Assembly: GCA_009889635.1 (NCBI GenBank)
Contig: WTZQ01000002.1
Location: 17,097 to 81,096 of the forward strand
Direction of reading: 5' to 3'
Source: Candidatus Hikarchaeum yamanae
Lineage (GTDB): Archaea; Halobacteriota; Halobacteria; Halobacteriales; Hikarchaeaceae
DNA: 64,000 nucleotides
Every line of letters begins with the position of its first letter. The stretch's first letter is position 1. This document shows, piece by piece, positions 30,432 to 38,946 of this stretch. A program made the position numbers and the translations under genes. Below the pieces are notes generated by a model that ran no database searches, was not told where the DNA came from, and saw only the letters and a list, made by a program, of their open reading frames with translations.

Positions 30432-30974
30432 TTGCCAAATTCAGTCCATCTCCCCCCTCAACTACGAGATAACTTAAGAGAACCAATGGGTCCTCTGTAT
30501 GTAGATATAAACGACTTAATTCCCCATCTAGGTTTTCCTATTATCACTATAGGCGACGTAGTGACTTCCCACTTTGAAACTGCAGGAGTTTCTCCAAACG
30601 TATCTATAATTGACCAATTAACAAAACGCGAACCCATTGACTTTCCCTCGCCATTTCAAAACATAGATTTTCACATTGAAGTGAAAAATCCCCCTGGCGT
30701 TCTGACAGACGAACTAGTCCATGCGATCAACCAATCAATCAACAATCCCGATGAACCTTCCCAAATTTTAGTAACTGGCGAAGAAGATCTAGCAACTTTA
30801 CCTGCAATTATGCTAGCCCCTCTTGAATCTAGTATAATCTATGGCCAGCCAGATCTGGGAATGGTCCACATACTCGTAACCCCTGATATCAGGCGTGATG
30901 CATGGGACCTGCTTTCCCAATTCGACGGAGATCTTGATTCAGTGTTCTCTATGATCGCACAATCTGACCTGTAG
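30432..30974 (+). CDS. DUF359 protein (archaeal GTP-dependent dephospho-CoA kinase family); TTG start
   Basis: LPPQLRDNLREPMGPLY .. ITIGDVVT .. LVTGEEDLATLPAI pattern of the DUF359/COG1909 family. In its conserved operon position. Confidence 0.75.
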   Translation: MPNSVHLPPQLRDNLREPMGPLYVDINDLIPHLGFPIITIGDVVTSHFETAGVSPNVSIIDQLTKREPIDFPSPFQNIDFHIEVKNPPGVLTDELVHAINQSINNPDEPSQILVTGEEDLATLPAIMLAPLESSIIYGQPDLGMVHILVTPDIRRDAWDLLSQFDGDLDSVFSMIAQSDL

Positions 30975-31019
30975 TGCCTTCGAAATACTTTTGGATGCGA
31001 CTGGAAAATGTACCCAATA

Positions 31020-31319
31020 ATGGAAATAACTATTTTATCTGAAACTTCCAACCCTTTGTTACATAGGGTAGATGTTTCTTTCCTCATTGACCACGCAGAC
31101 TCAACTCCAAATCGTATTGAAGTTCGAGACAACCTAGCAGCGAGATTGAACAAAAACACAGACGAAGTAATAATCCGGAAGCTCCGAACTCAATTTGGAA
31201 CCCGAAAAACCATTGGAGATGCAAAGATTTATGAAAATTCTGATTTTGCCCAGTCAATTGAACAAGACCATATCATCCTTCGAAATCAATCTGCCACTGA
31301 AGACACCGAGGAAGAGTAA
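31020..31319 (+). CDS. rps24e: 30S ribosomal protein S24e (alternative upstream ATG at 31008)
   Basis: MEITILSETSNPLLHRVDVSF..PNRIEVRDNLAARL..FGTRKTIGDAKIY matches S24e throughout. Confidence 0.85.
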   Translation: MEITILSETSNPLLHRVDVSFLIDHADSTPNRIEVRDNLAARLNKNTDEVIIRKLRTQFGTRKTIGDAKIYENSDFAQSIEQDHIILRNQSATEDTEEE

Positions 31320-31454
31320 ATGGGGGCTCGCGAAAATTATGGCAACGATGGCTCTACCCCCAACGAACGTTGCCCAGAATGCGACGATTCTTTTTTAGCA
31401 GAACACAACGACCGATTCCATTGCGGAAAATGTAGTTATACTAGATGGAAATAA
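31320..31454 (+). CDS. rps27ae: 30S ribosomal protein S27ae (44 aa; below the ORF-track cutoff)
   Basis: Hand translation: MGARENYGNDGSTPNERCPECDDSFLAEHNDRFHCGKCSYTRWK. It has a CxxC..CxxC ribbon. The ATG immediately follows the S24e stop codon (TAA ATG). The S24e-S27ae pairing is conserved in archaea. Confidence 0.8.
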   Translation: MGARENYGNDGSTPNERCPECDDSFLAEHNDRFHCGKCSYTRWK

Positions 31455-31542
31455 CACCTATTGAAAATTTTCTACACTGAACTCCCAATCAATAGAAATA
31501 ATCATCTCCCCTTCTTACATCAATAAGAACGGTGCTCTCAAT

Positions 31543-33120
31543 ATGACTATTACTTTGGGCATTGAAGGAACTGCTTGGGCAGCTAGTGCTGCAATTTTTG
31601 ATTCCAATTCCGACACCGTGCACATAGAGACCCTCCCATATGTGCCCGACAGTGGAGGACTACATCCCCGAGAGGCAGCGGATCACATGAGAAAAGCGTT
31701 ACCAAAAGTCCTTGAAACTATCTTTACTAACTTAGAAACTCCTCCCGATGCAGTGGCCTTTTCTAGAGGCCCCGGCCTGGGCCCTTGCCTCCGCATATGT
31801 GCAACAGCTGCCCGTGCCCTTGCTGGAACTTTCAATGTACCTCTTATCGGTGTTAATCATATGCTTGCCCATCTAGAAGTAGGTAGACATTTTTCAGGAT
31901 TTTCTACTCCTGTCTGTCTCAATGCGAGCGGCGCGAATGCACATCTTTTGAGCTATCATGATGGCTATTACAGAGTACTAGGAGAGACCATGGACACTGG
32001 AGTAGGAAACGCCCTAGACAAATTCGCTCGCCATGTTGGATGGGCACACCCGGGGGGACCACAAATAGAAAAAACAGCAATAGATGGTAGTTTTTTCGAC
32101 CTCCCTTACATAGTCAAAGGGATGGACTTTTCCTTTTCTGGATTAACAACTGCAGCGATAACTGCCTACGACCAGGGCCACCCCATAGAAGATGTCTGTT
32201 TTTCACTCCAAGAAACCATATTTTCCATTCTAACCGAAGTTTCAGAACGTGCCTTATCTTTATTATATTGTGACGAATTCATACTCGGAGGTGGGGTTGG
32301 AAATAACACACGTCTGCAAGATATGCTAGAAACTATGTGCACCGATAGAGGTGCCAAATTCTTCGCCCCAGAACCACGCTTCCTCAGTGACAATGCAGGT
32401 ATGATCGCTATTTTAGGATCCTATATGTTCGATGTAGGTGATACAATTCCAATTGAAGATTCCCATGTTCTCTCCAACTTTAGACCAAATACGGTCAAGG
32501 TAACCTGGCCCGTCCCTAGTAGATCTCTTTCCACCGCATCCCCGTCTACCATACAAGGATCTGAAGCACTTGTGGAATTCGATGCAAATACTGTGTGGAA
32601 ACGAAGACTTCCAAAACCCTATCGAAATCCTGCCATGGATCTTCGTCTCCGACGTCATCGAACCAATGTCGAGGCACGACTTACCCATGAAGCCCGAAAA
32701 ATAGGTATTCCTACCCCCTTAATCAAAGGCATCGACCCCCTTAATTTCACTCTGGAATTCCAAAAAGTTGGAGACACCGACCTCTCCGAAGGATTAAACC
32801 AAAAAAGAGTAGAAAACGTCGTTAAGTATTTGGCATTACTCCACTCTTCTGGCATCGTCCACGGAGACCCAACCACCAGAAACATTAGAATCGATTCCAC
32901 CTCTGATAAGGTGTACCTCATAGATTTTGGTCTGGGATTTCATACAGATAACATAGAGGACTACGCAATGGATCTTCACATATTCAAAGAGAGCCTCGTT
33001 GGAACTTCTTCTAACTACGAGGAACTTTGGAATCGTGCTATATCCGTCTACGAGGCCCAGGGATTCCCTCGTGTACTAACACGGCTCCAAGAAATAGAAT
33101 CACGTGGTAGGTATCTCTAA
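31543..33120 (+). CDS. kae1-bud32: bifunctional Kae1-Bud32 (tRNA t6A threonylcarbamoyltransferase / KEOPS kinase) fusion
   Basis: Kae1 part GIEGTAW, HMLAHLEVG, GGGVGNN. Bud32 part HGDPTTRNI, LIDFGLG. 525 aa. Confidence 0.9.
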   Translation: MTITLGIEGTAWAASAAIFDSNSDTVHIETLPYVPDSGGLHPREAADHMRKALPKVLETIFTNLETPPDAVAFSRGPGLGPCLRICATAARALAGTFNVPLIGVNHMLAHLEVGRHFSGFSTPVCLNASGANAHLLSYHDGYYRVLGETMDTGVGNALDKFARHVGWAHPGGPQIEKTAIDGSFFDLPYIVKGMDFSFSGLTTAAITAYDQGHPIEDVCFSLQETIFSILTEVSERALSLLYCDEFILGGGVGNNTRLQDMLETMCTDRGAKFFAPEPRFLSDNAGMIAILGSYMFDVGDTIPIEDSHVLSNFRPNTVKVTWPVPSRSLSTASPSTIQGSEALVEFDANTVWKRRLPKPYRNPAMDLRLRRHRTNVEARLTHEARKIGIPTPLIKGIDPLNFTLEFQKVGDTDLSEGLNQKRVENVVKYLALLHSSGIVHGDPTTRNIRIDSTSDKVYLIDFGLGFHTDNIEDYAMDLHIFKESLVGTSSNYEELWNRAISVYEAQGFPRVLTRLQEIESRGRYL

Positions 33121-33169
33121 TCATATAATTTACGACGCCTATTTCTCCCCTCGACACTCTCACTGTTCC

Positions 33170-33730
33170 ATGGTGCTTTTTGCTACCACCAACGCCGAAA
33201 AAGTTCGCGAGGCACAAGCATATCTAGGATCCACAGTTGAACAGTTTGATTATGATTATCTCGAATTACAATCTGAGAGCCTATCCGAGATCGCCATCTC
33301 TGGTGCCCAAGAAGCCTTCCAAGCCGCAGGTGGAACCCAACCTGTAATCACCGATGACTCTGGAATCTTCATCGATGACATAGGCGGATTCCCCGGTCCC
33401 TATTCTTCATATGTATATCACACTATTGGGCTATCTGGAATTCTCACTTTACTCGAAGAATTTGATTCCCCCCGTGCATACTTTAGAACCTCAATCGCAT
33501 ATTGTTCTAACAACGAAACCGTGGCATTTCAAGGTTCTATTAGAGGTACTATCGTCCCTCCTCGTGGAACTGAGGGATTTGGATATGATCCTATATTTGA
33601 ATATAACGGCAAAACATTGGCAGAAATGAATCTAACTGAAAAAAACGCAATTTCTCATCGGGGAAGGGCCCTTTCTAAGCTAGCATCTTGGCTTGATAAT
33701 GACCCCGTTGAACACCGCGGAGTCAGATAA
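33170..33730 (+). CDS. non-canonical purine NTP pyrophosphatase (HAM1/RdgB family)
   Basis: FATTNAEKVREA and GFGYDPIF..GKTLAEM..EKNAISHRG. The ORF-track extension from 33104 overlaps kae1-bud32 and is rejected. Confidence 0.85.
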   Translation: MVLFATTNAEKVREAQAYLGSTVEQFDYDYLELQSESLSEIAISGAQEAFQAAGGTQPVITDDSGIFIDDIGGFPGPYSSYVYHTIGLSGILTLLEEFDSPRAYFRTSIAYCSNNETVAFQGSIRGTIVPPRGTEGFGYDPIFEYNGKTLAEMNLTEKNAISHRGRALSKLASWLDNDPVEHRGVR

Positions 33731-34133
33731 TATTTTCAAATAATTTCACAAAAGCATCTGGCCTTTTAACACTAGTTTCAATTTTTGTTCTGATCGCTAC
33801 TCCCGCTTTGGCGTTAGTCAACCTCCCATCTCTTGAAATAATATGCTGCGCATTCCCCACATACGCAGAAGCAAGTGCCGGATGATCCCCCTCCACATGG
33901 TCTATAATTTCACATATACCCTCTATGTCTTCTCGCCATTTCTTCGCCAATTCGCCCCCCAAATCTGTCTCAATCACTTTTTGTGCTTCATCTAGTAGGG
34001 GCATACTAGCGATAATTACCATCTCTGGTGACTTTCGAATAATTTCCATCACAATCTTCGCCGATTTCTCCTTTTTGGCATCTTCTACCAATACCCCCGA
34101 ATCAACTACAACACGCACTGTAGGTCTACTCAT
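33723..34133 (-). CDS. PIN_3-like (TIGR00305-type) PIN-domain protein, no adjacent antitoxin
   Basis: Spaced acidic residues in PIN context: VVVDSGVL (D11), PLLDEAQKV (E), EGDHPALASAYVG and HIISRDGRL. Confidence 0.55.
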   Translation of the reverse strand: MSRPTVRVVVDSGVLVEDAKKEKSAKIVMEIIRKSPEMVIIASMPLLDEAQKVIETDLGGELAKKWREDIEGICEIIDHVEGDHPALASAYVGNAQHIISRDGRLTNAKAGVAIRTKIETSVKRPDAFVKLFENII

Positions 34134-34164
34134 CTCTCTATTTGTGACCTTGCAAATACTTTAA

Positions 34165-35034
34165 CTACTGCACTCTTGCTTCATCTAGTAGATTTTGGAG
34201 GCCCTCTTTTTCGTCCCCACCGACCCCGCGATGTGGACTACGAGAAAATCCAGCAGGTGCTCCTCTCATTTCCATTGCGGCCTTCAAACCAGAAATGCCG
34301 TATGTTCCTGTGACCCCTCGGTTCAATTCTACTAACTCGTCGTTTAATATTTTGGCATTTTCATTGTCTCCTTTTTTATACAATTGATATATCTCAGAGC
34401 ATTTTTCGGGTGCGATATTTGCTAGTGCCAATACACCCCCAGTCGCACCCATTTCCAGTGCCTGTGCATAAATTCCTCCTGCTCCCACCAACATATCGAA
34501 GTCCTTCTCTTTCGTCACCTCCACTTCTTGTTGGAATAAGTCTGAGTTCCCACTAGAATCTTTCATCCCCTTGATATTCTCATCATCTGACAATTCTGCT
34601 ATCGTATCTGGCTCAAGGCTAACGTGAGTAAATTTCGGCACGCTGTACAGATATACTGGGATCGAGACCCATTCGGCCAGTTTTTTGTAATATATAGCCA
34701 TGTCTTCTTGACTATGTGAAAAATAAAATGGGGTTACAATTAGCGCAGCATCTGCACCTGCCGATGCAGCCAATTCTGTCTGTATGGTACTTTCCCGTAG
34801 GCCTGGATGCCCCGTCCCTGCTAATATGGGAACCGATGCAGATTCCACCACTATTTCGACTACTCGTGCCCTTTCTTCCGCCGTCATTAATTCTGCTTCA
34901 CTATTCGACCCACAAGGAACAATAAAATCAACCCCTCTTTCTTCTACCCATCCCACCAATTCGGCAAGTTTCGATTCATCAATGTCTCCCTTTTCGTCAA
35001 AAGGGGTAACCAATGGAACTCCTGTACCTTCCAT
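34165..35034 (-). CDS. dihydrodipicolinate synthase / KDG-aldolase family class I aldolase
   Basis: VPLVTPF, CGSNSE, YLYSVP and Schiff-base lysine context IKGMKDSSGN. No dapB adjacent, so the exact substrate is not assigned. The start was chosen at MEGTGVPL. Confidence 0.75.
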   Translation of the reverse strand: MEGTGVPLVTPFDEKGDIDESKLAELVGWVEERGVDFIVPCGSNSEAELMTAEERARVVEIVVESASVPILAGTGHPGLRESTIQTELAASAGADAALIVTPFYFSHSQEDMAIYYKKLAEWVSIPVYLYSVPKFTHVSLEPDTIAELSDDENIKGMKDSSGNSDLFQQEVEVTKEKDFDMLVGAGGIYAQALEMGATGGVLALANIAPEKCSEIYQLYKKGDNENAKILNDELVELNRGVTGTYGISGLKAAMEMRGAPAGFSRSPHRGVGGDEKEGLQNLLDEARVQ

Positions 35035-35310
35035 ATAGTTTTCTCCCCTCTCCCAGTAAAAAAACACGCGATTGGGCCTCAACAACACTTTTTACACCCA
35101 TTTTCACACATCATAGTTATTCCTATAATTACCCACAGTAATTAATACCTATATACACTATTCTGCATAGGATATTATGGTACTTTCCCCCCCTTTCCTT
35201 CTCCCTCTATTTTCTCCCTCTTCTTGGTAAAACGAACCAAAACCACATACTCTCCATTCATTTTTTAACGTCCCAGTCTACCCTTTTACGTATTTTGGAA
35301 TCAAAACTTC

Positions 35311-35320
35311 TTTATATATT
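35311..35320 (+). promoter_or_regulatory. candidate TATA box (TTTATATATT) about 220 nt upstream of the S-layer gene, implying a long 5' UTR
   Basis: Strongest TATA-like element in the 452-bp gap. Alternative TGTATAAAC at about 35375. Not verified. Confidence 0.3.
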
Positions 35321-35540
35321 CCTACCTTTTCAATCATTGATCTCAGATGCCCTCCAATTCTTCTTTTTTAGAGCTGTATAAACCAAACCAGGGCATCGAT
35401 TTCTCCATTCTCTCGATAGGAAAGTATTTAACCTAATCCGTAGTTTGTTGGGATTGCAGAGAGGAAGCTGAAGAAGTACCTCTGGATCTACAGGTCGGTT
35501 TGCCCGATCACAACGGTCCGTTGCAAACAAAAAAAATAAT

Positions 35541-37955
35541 ATGACAAATACAAGCAAAAAAGTTCAGGCATTGCTCTTTTCCGCGCTGATGGTTCTTTCC
35601 GTCTTCGGTGGAGTTGTTGCTTTCTCTGGATCTGCATTTGGTACCGCCGTAGGCACCGCCGAATTAGCCGATTCTGGAGTAACATACTGGCAAGGTCAGG
35701 ACATTTGGTTAGAAAATGGTACCACCACAGCTACTGGTAACACCCTACAAGTTCGTACTGTAGACGACAACAAAGTCGCAGGACTCGTAACTGAGTTCCA
35801 ACTCGACGTTAGTTCGGCTACAAAGAACGTAAAGGGAGATACTCAGAGTATTGGTACCGCAAAAATTTCGACTAGTGGCCTCGAAGGATACTACGTTATC
35901 ACAGCCGGTGGTGAAGGTAGCAAAGTCTACATCGCAAACGGAACTGGTGAACTCTTATCCGCAACAGGGTCTACAAGCGATCAATTTGCCTTCAATTCGC
36001 CAAACACAACTCACGTTGGAAATGCGAAATTCGAAGTTACAGTACAGACACTCAGTGTAGAGCTAGATGACGATTCAATCGACTCTGGTTCAACAACTAC
36101 ACTTGACATAACATCCAACCGTGGCGAATTCCAGATAAGAGTCTCCTCACCCGAATTAGATGAAGACGACCTTACTGACATATTCGCTGCATCTGGATCT
36201 ACTAACGACGTAGACAATTCGTCTAAAACAGATGAAGACGACGACGGTAAGAATGACCGTGAGTCCATCCTCATTGACGTAGAAGCCGGCGAGTCAGTTC
36301 AAGTTGAATTCGACGGCGACTTCGATGATGATGGTACATACACATTCGACATCGAAGTTGTTGACACCGACGCAGAAGCATCCGCAACAATCACTGTTCG
36401 AGATGCCGACCCAACATACACATTCAGTCAAAGTGTATTCTCTGAAGAACGTGGTGACATTGCGAACATCCAAATCGATATGGTTGACGCAACAACAGCC
36501 TACGTGTTCATTGGTGGCGAAGACGTCAACTACTTAGAAATGATCCAAGTGACTGACGGAGGAGACAAAGACGGTAAAGTCAACCTCTTGATGAACACTT
36601 ACAACGTTGGACGAGCTGCAGGTTCGGTTACTCATAAAGAGTCTCCAGACCGAAAATCGTTCACCGCAACAAACGGAACTGGTTACACAGTAGACGACTC
36701 TGATGACTCCATCACGAGTTCTACCCGTTACAACACCAGTACCACAACAACCGGACTTGACATTGACCTCGTTCTCAGTGATCCATTGTCCACAGGAAAC
36801 TATGACCTCCGACTCTCCTCATCTAGCACAATCAGCGCAGCTGGTGTAGTTGCAGATGAACAAGACGTCGCAACATTGGCTCTAACTTCCCGTTCGACAA
36901 ATGGAATCAGTCTCCACAGAGCTCCTGAGAGTGATGCAAACAAATTCGATCCAGATGACGACTGGGGCGACACAACAGAAATCGCCGATGGTGGAAGCTT
37001 ATCTCTAGAAGATCTGCTCATCGTTAAAGTCGACGTATCTGGTGTCTTTGGACACGTTACCAACAAGGACCTAGAAACAGTTCTTGGTGGTGTCTCAGCC
37101 GACTCCGGTAAAGCTCACGGAATGAACTTGACAATCAAACAGACCGACGCTGTCAGCAACCAGGATGCAATTGTATTTGCCCTAACCACTGACGACGCAG
37201 CAGCCGCCAAAGCTCAGTTGTACACTGATGCAGACAACAACACATTCTATGTGGTAATTGACTCGCAAGATGCTACAACGACCAATGGTTCGCTAGCAAA
37301 AGGTCAAGATTACAAGGTCACTTTCTTCATCGATGAATTCAACCCATACGTTGACGACGACGATGAGGACGACAACAAGAAAGAGATAGAATTCAACTAC
37401 GTCAAGGAAGAGGCAACCGTCTCTGGCCTAGATGCAGATGATGATCTCCGAATTCAACCAGAAGCTGCAAGTGTCATATCCGGAACTGCATCTGTCGCTC
37501 CAGGAACCGAACTCTCTGTTAGAGTCCGAAACACTGGCGACGATCCATTCCTCAAGACCCAGACAGCCGATGTAGCCTCGGACGGAACCTGGACTACAAC
37601 ATTCGACCTCTCTGATGTCGATGTTGGAACCGAGTTCTCCGTCGTGGTTCTTAGATCCGGTACCGAAATCAGTGACGAAGTAGATGTAGAAGCAGTAGCA
37701 GATACTGCAACTCCAACTGCAGAGCCAAAGATCGTTACCCGAACTATCGAAGTTATCCGCGGTACTCCAACACCTCAAACTATTGTAGAAGTACAAGTTG
37801 AGGTTCAAGAACGAACCGTTGTAATTGAGAAAGTAATCGAAAACGTCAGAACTGTACAAGTTACACCAACACCTGGTCAACCAGGATTTGGTCTTGCTAT
37901 CGCAGTTGTGGCCCTACTCGCAGCAGCACTCCTCGCAGTCCGCAGGAAAGCCTAA
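35541..37955 (+). CDS. csg: cell surface (S-layer-type) glycoprotein with PGF-CTERM anchor
   Basis: Haloarchaeal surface-glycoprotein signal peptide MTNTSKKVQALLFSALMVLSVFGGVVAFSGSAFG. Very acidic body with at least 9 N-x-S/T sequons. C-terminal TPTPGQPGFGLAIAVVALLAAALLAVRRKA (PGF-CTERM, archaeosortase A substrate). Isolated transcription unit with a long leader and a strong terminator. Confidence 0.85.
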   Translation: MTNTSKKVQALLFSALMVLSVFGGVVAFSGSAFGTAVGTAELADSGVTYWQGQDIWLENGTTTATGNTLQVRTVDDNKVAGLVTEFQLDVSSATKNVKGDTQSIGTAKISTSGLEGYYVITAGGEGSKVYIANGTGELLSATGSTSDQFAFNSPNTTHVGNAKFEVTVQTLSVELDDDSIDSGSTTTLDITSNRGEFQIRVSSPELDEDDLTDIFAASGSTNDVDNSSKTDEDDDGKNDRESILIDVEAGESVQVEFDGDFDDDGTYTFDIEVVDTDAEASATITVRDADPTYTFSQSVFSEERGDIANIQIDMVDATTAYVFIGGEDVNYLEMIQVTDGGDKDGKVNLLMNTYNVGRAAGSVTHKESPDRKSFTATNGTGYTVDDSDDSITSSTRYNTSTTTTGLDIDLVLSDPLSTGNYDLRLSSSSTISAAGVVADEQDVATLALTSRSTNGISLHRAPESDANKFDPDDDWGDTTEIADGGSLSLEDLLIVKVDVSGVFGHVTNKDLETVLGGVSADSGKAHGMNLTIKQTDAVSNQDAIVFALTTDDAAAAKAQLYTDADNNTFYVVIDSQDATTTNGSLAKGQDYKVTFFIDEFNPYVDDDDEDDNKKEIEFNYVKEEATVSGLDADDDLRIQPEAASVISGTASVAPGTELSVRVRNTGDDPFLKTQTADVASDGTWTTTFDLSDVDVGTEFSVVVLRSGTEISDEVDVEAVADTATPTAEPKIVTRTIEVIRGTPTPQTIVEVQVEVQERTVVIEKVIENVRTVQVTPTPGQPGFGLAIAVVALLAAALLAVRRKA

Positions 37956-37998
37956 CCGAGTAGCTTTCTTTCTTCAGCTTTTTCTTATTTTTAAACCC

Positions 37999-38021
37999 AG
38001 AGCGATTGCTCTATTTTTTTT
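37999..38021 (+). terminator. hairpin AGAGC-GATT-GCTCT followed by a T8 run, preceded by further T-tracts, downstream of the S-layer gene
   Basis: Read directly. Oligo-T tracts are the archaeal termination signal. Confidence 0.6.
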
Positions 38022-38084
38022 ATTTACTAAACGTAATAAAAATCACAGATAATATTCTTTCAGCAGATCGTTTCCAAAGGTCTT

Positions 38085-38759
38085 TTGGACTCGATATGCC
38101 TACTAGCTACAGTAATGGACGCAGTCTCCCGAGTTCGGGCAGCATCTTGTAGGGCAGTCGATGAAGTTGAACCAACAGGACTCAGAGAAATTATAACTGG
38201 TCAAATCGAATCCGATTCCCCCACCTTCGGATTAGCAACCATCGTAGTATCTGACGAAGTGAGGCATACTGATGAAGAATCAATTATTGTAGATTCAAAA
38301 GCCGCTGGAGTACAATTAATCTATGAAGGCTTGCGGCTAACACAAGATCTCGTTCGAGAAAACCGTTGGAAAAACAACGAACAAAAATTAATCACCGATA
38401 TGGATCTGCTTGCTGCAGATGTTATGGTTGCAAGGGGATTCTATCTCTTATCTCATACAAAAGCCGCACCTAAAGCTGTAGAAACCATCCGAGAATTTGG
38501 AATTACAGAAGCTGAGTGGTCTGATACGCCCACTGGAACTCTAACGCGCAGAATGAGCTTGGAGCGGAATATCTTTGAGTTAGCAATCATCGCTGGATTC
38601 GTTTCATCAAGTTCAGAAATGCCATCTGAATTTGACACCAAACAACTACTCAATTTTGACATCTCAAAAGAATCCAAAGATCACATTTTGAGATTAATAC
38701 AAACAATAGAACAAGGCGAAGAAGAGGATTTTTTGTTGGTTATATCTTCTGGAAAGTAA
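38085..38759 (+). CDS. conserved hypothetical protein (TTG start; ATG alternative at 38115)
   Basis: Helical protein with AAGVQLIYEGLRLTQDL and DLLAADVMVARGFYLL segments. These resemble an uncharacterised haloarchaeal family and, distantly, polyprenyl-synthase helices. No catalytic DDxxD was seen. Confidence 0.5.
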   Translation: MDSICLLATVMDAVSRVRAASCRAVDEVEPTGLREIITGQIESDSPTFGLATIVVSDEVRHTDEESIIVDSKAAGVQLIYEGLRLTQDLVRENRWKNNEQKLITDMDLLAADVMVARGFYLLSHTKAAPKAVETIREFGITEAEWSDTPTGTLTRRMSLERNIFELAIIAGFVSSSSEMPSEFDTKQLLNFDISKESKDHILRLIQTIEQGEEEDFLLVISSGK

Positions 38760-38842
38760 AGGTAGTTAGCCCAGTTAAGCAGAACAACAGAAGTAGAATG
38801 ATTTAGAAATGCATAAACATGATAACGTACTGCATAACGTGT

Positions 38843-38914
38843 GCCTGATTGGCTTAGGGGTAAAGCGCGTCCTTGGTAAGGACGAGATCCCGGGTTCAAT
38901 TCCCGGATCAGGCT
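38843..38914 (+). tRNA. tRNA-Thr (anticodon GGT), no intron, CCA not encoded
   Basis: Manual cloverleaf: acceptor GCCTGAT/ATCAGGC, D stem GCTT/AAGC, anticodon stem CGTCC/GGACG with loop TTGGTAA, T arm CCGGG-TTCAATT-CCCGG. Confidence 0.9.
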
Positions 38915-38946
38915 TCGAACGACCTTATCTATCTAAAGGATAACTT

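Noticed and set aside
31195-31398. 67-aa ORF overlapping the S24e 3' end
   Set aside because: Wrong frame. The region is explained by the S24e C-terminus and the 44-aa S27ae gene at 31320-31454.
35330-35685. Two minus-strand ORFs (75 and 65 aa) in the S-layer gene leader and 5' end
   Set aside because: The peptides are basic and low-complexity, overlap the csg start, and have no supporting signals. The region is better explained as promoter and 5' UTR.
37428-37880. 150-aa antisense ORF inside the S-layer gene; similar cases at 56662-57102, 39214-39636, 11514-11915 and 4156-4563
   Set aside because: All lie opposite well-supported genes. They lack motifs, have atypical composition (Cys/Trp/Arg/Ser-rich), and cross gene boundaries arbitrarily.
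38681-38899. 72-aa minus-strand ORF
   Set aside because: It overlaps the tRNA-Thr gene and the 3' end of the upstream CDS, so it is spurious.
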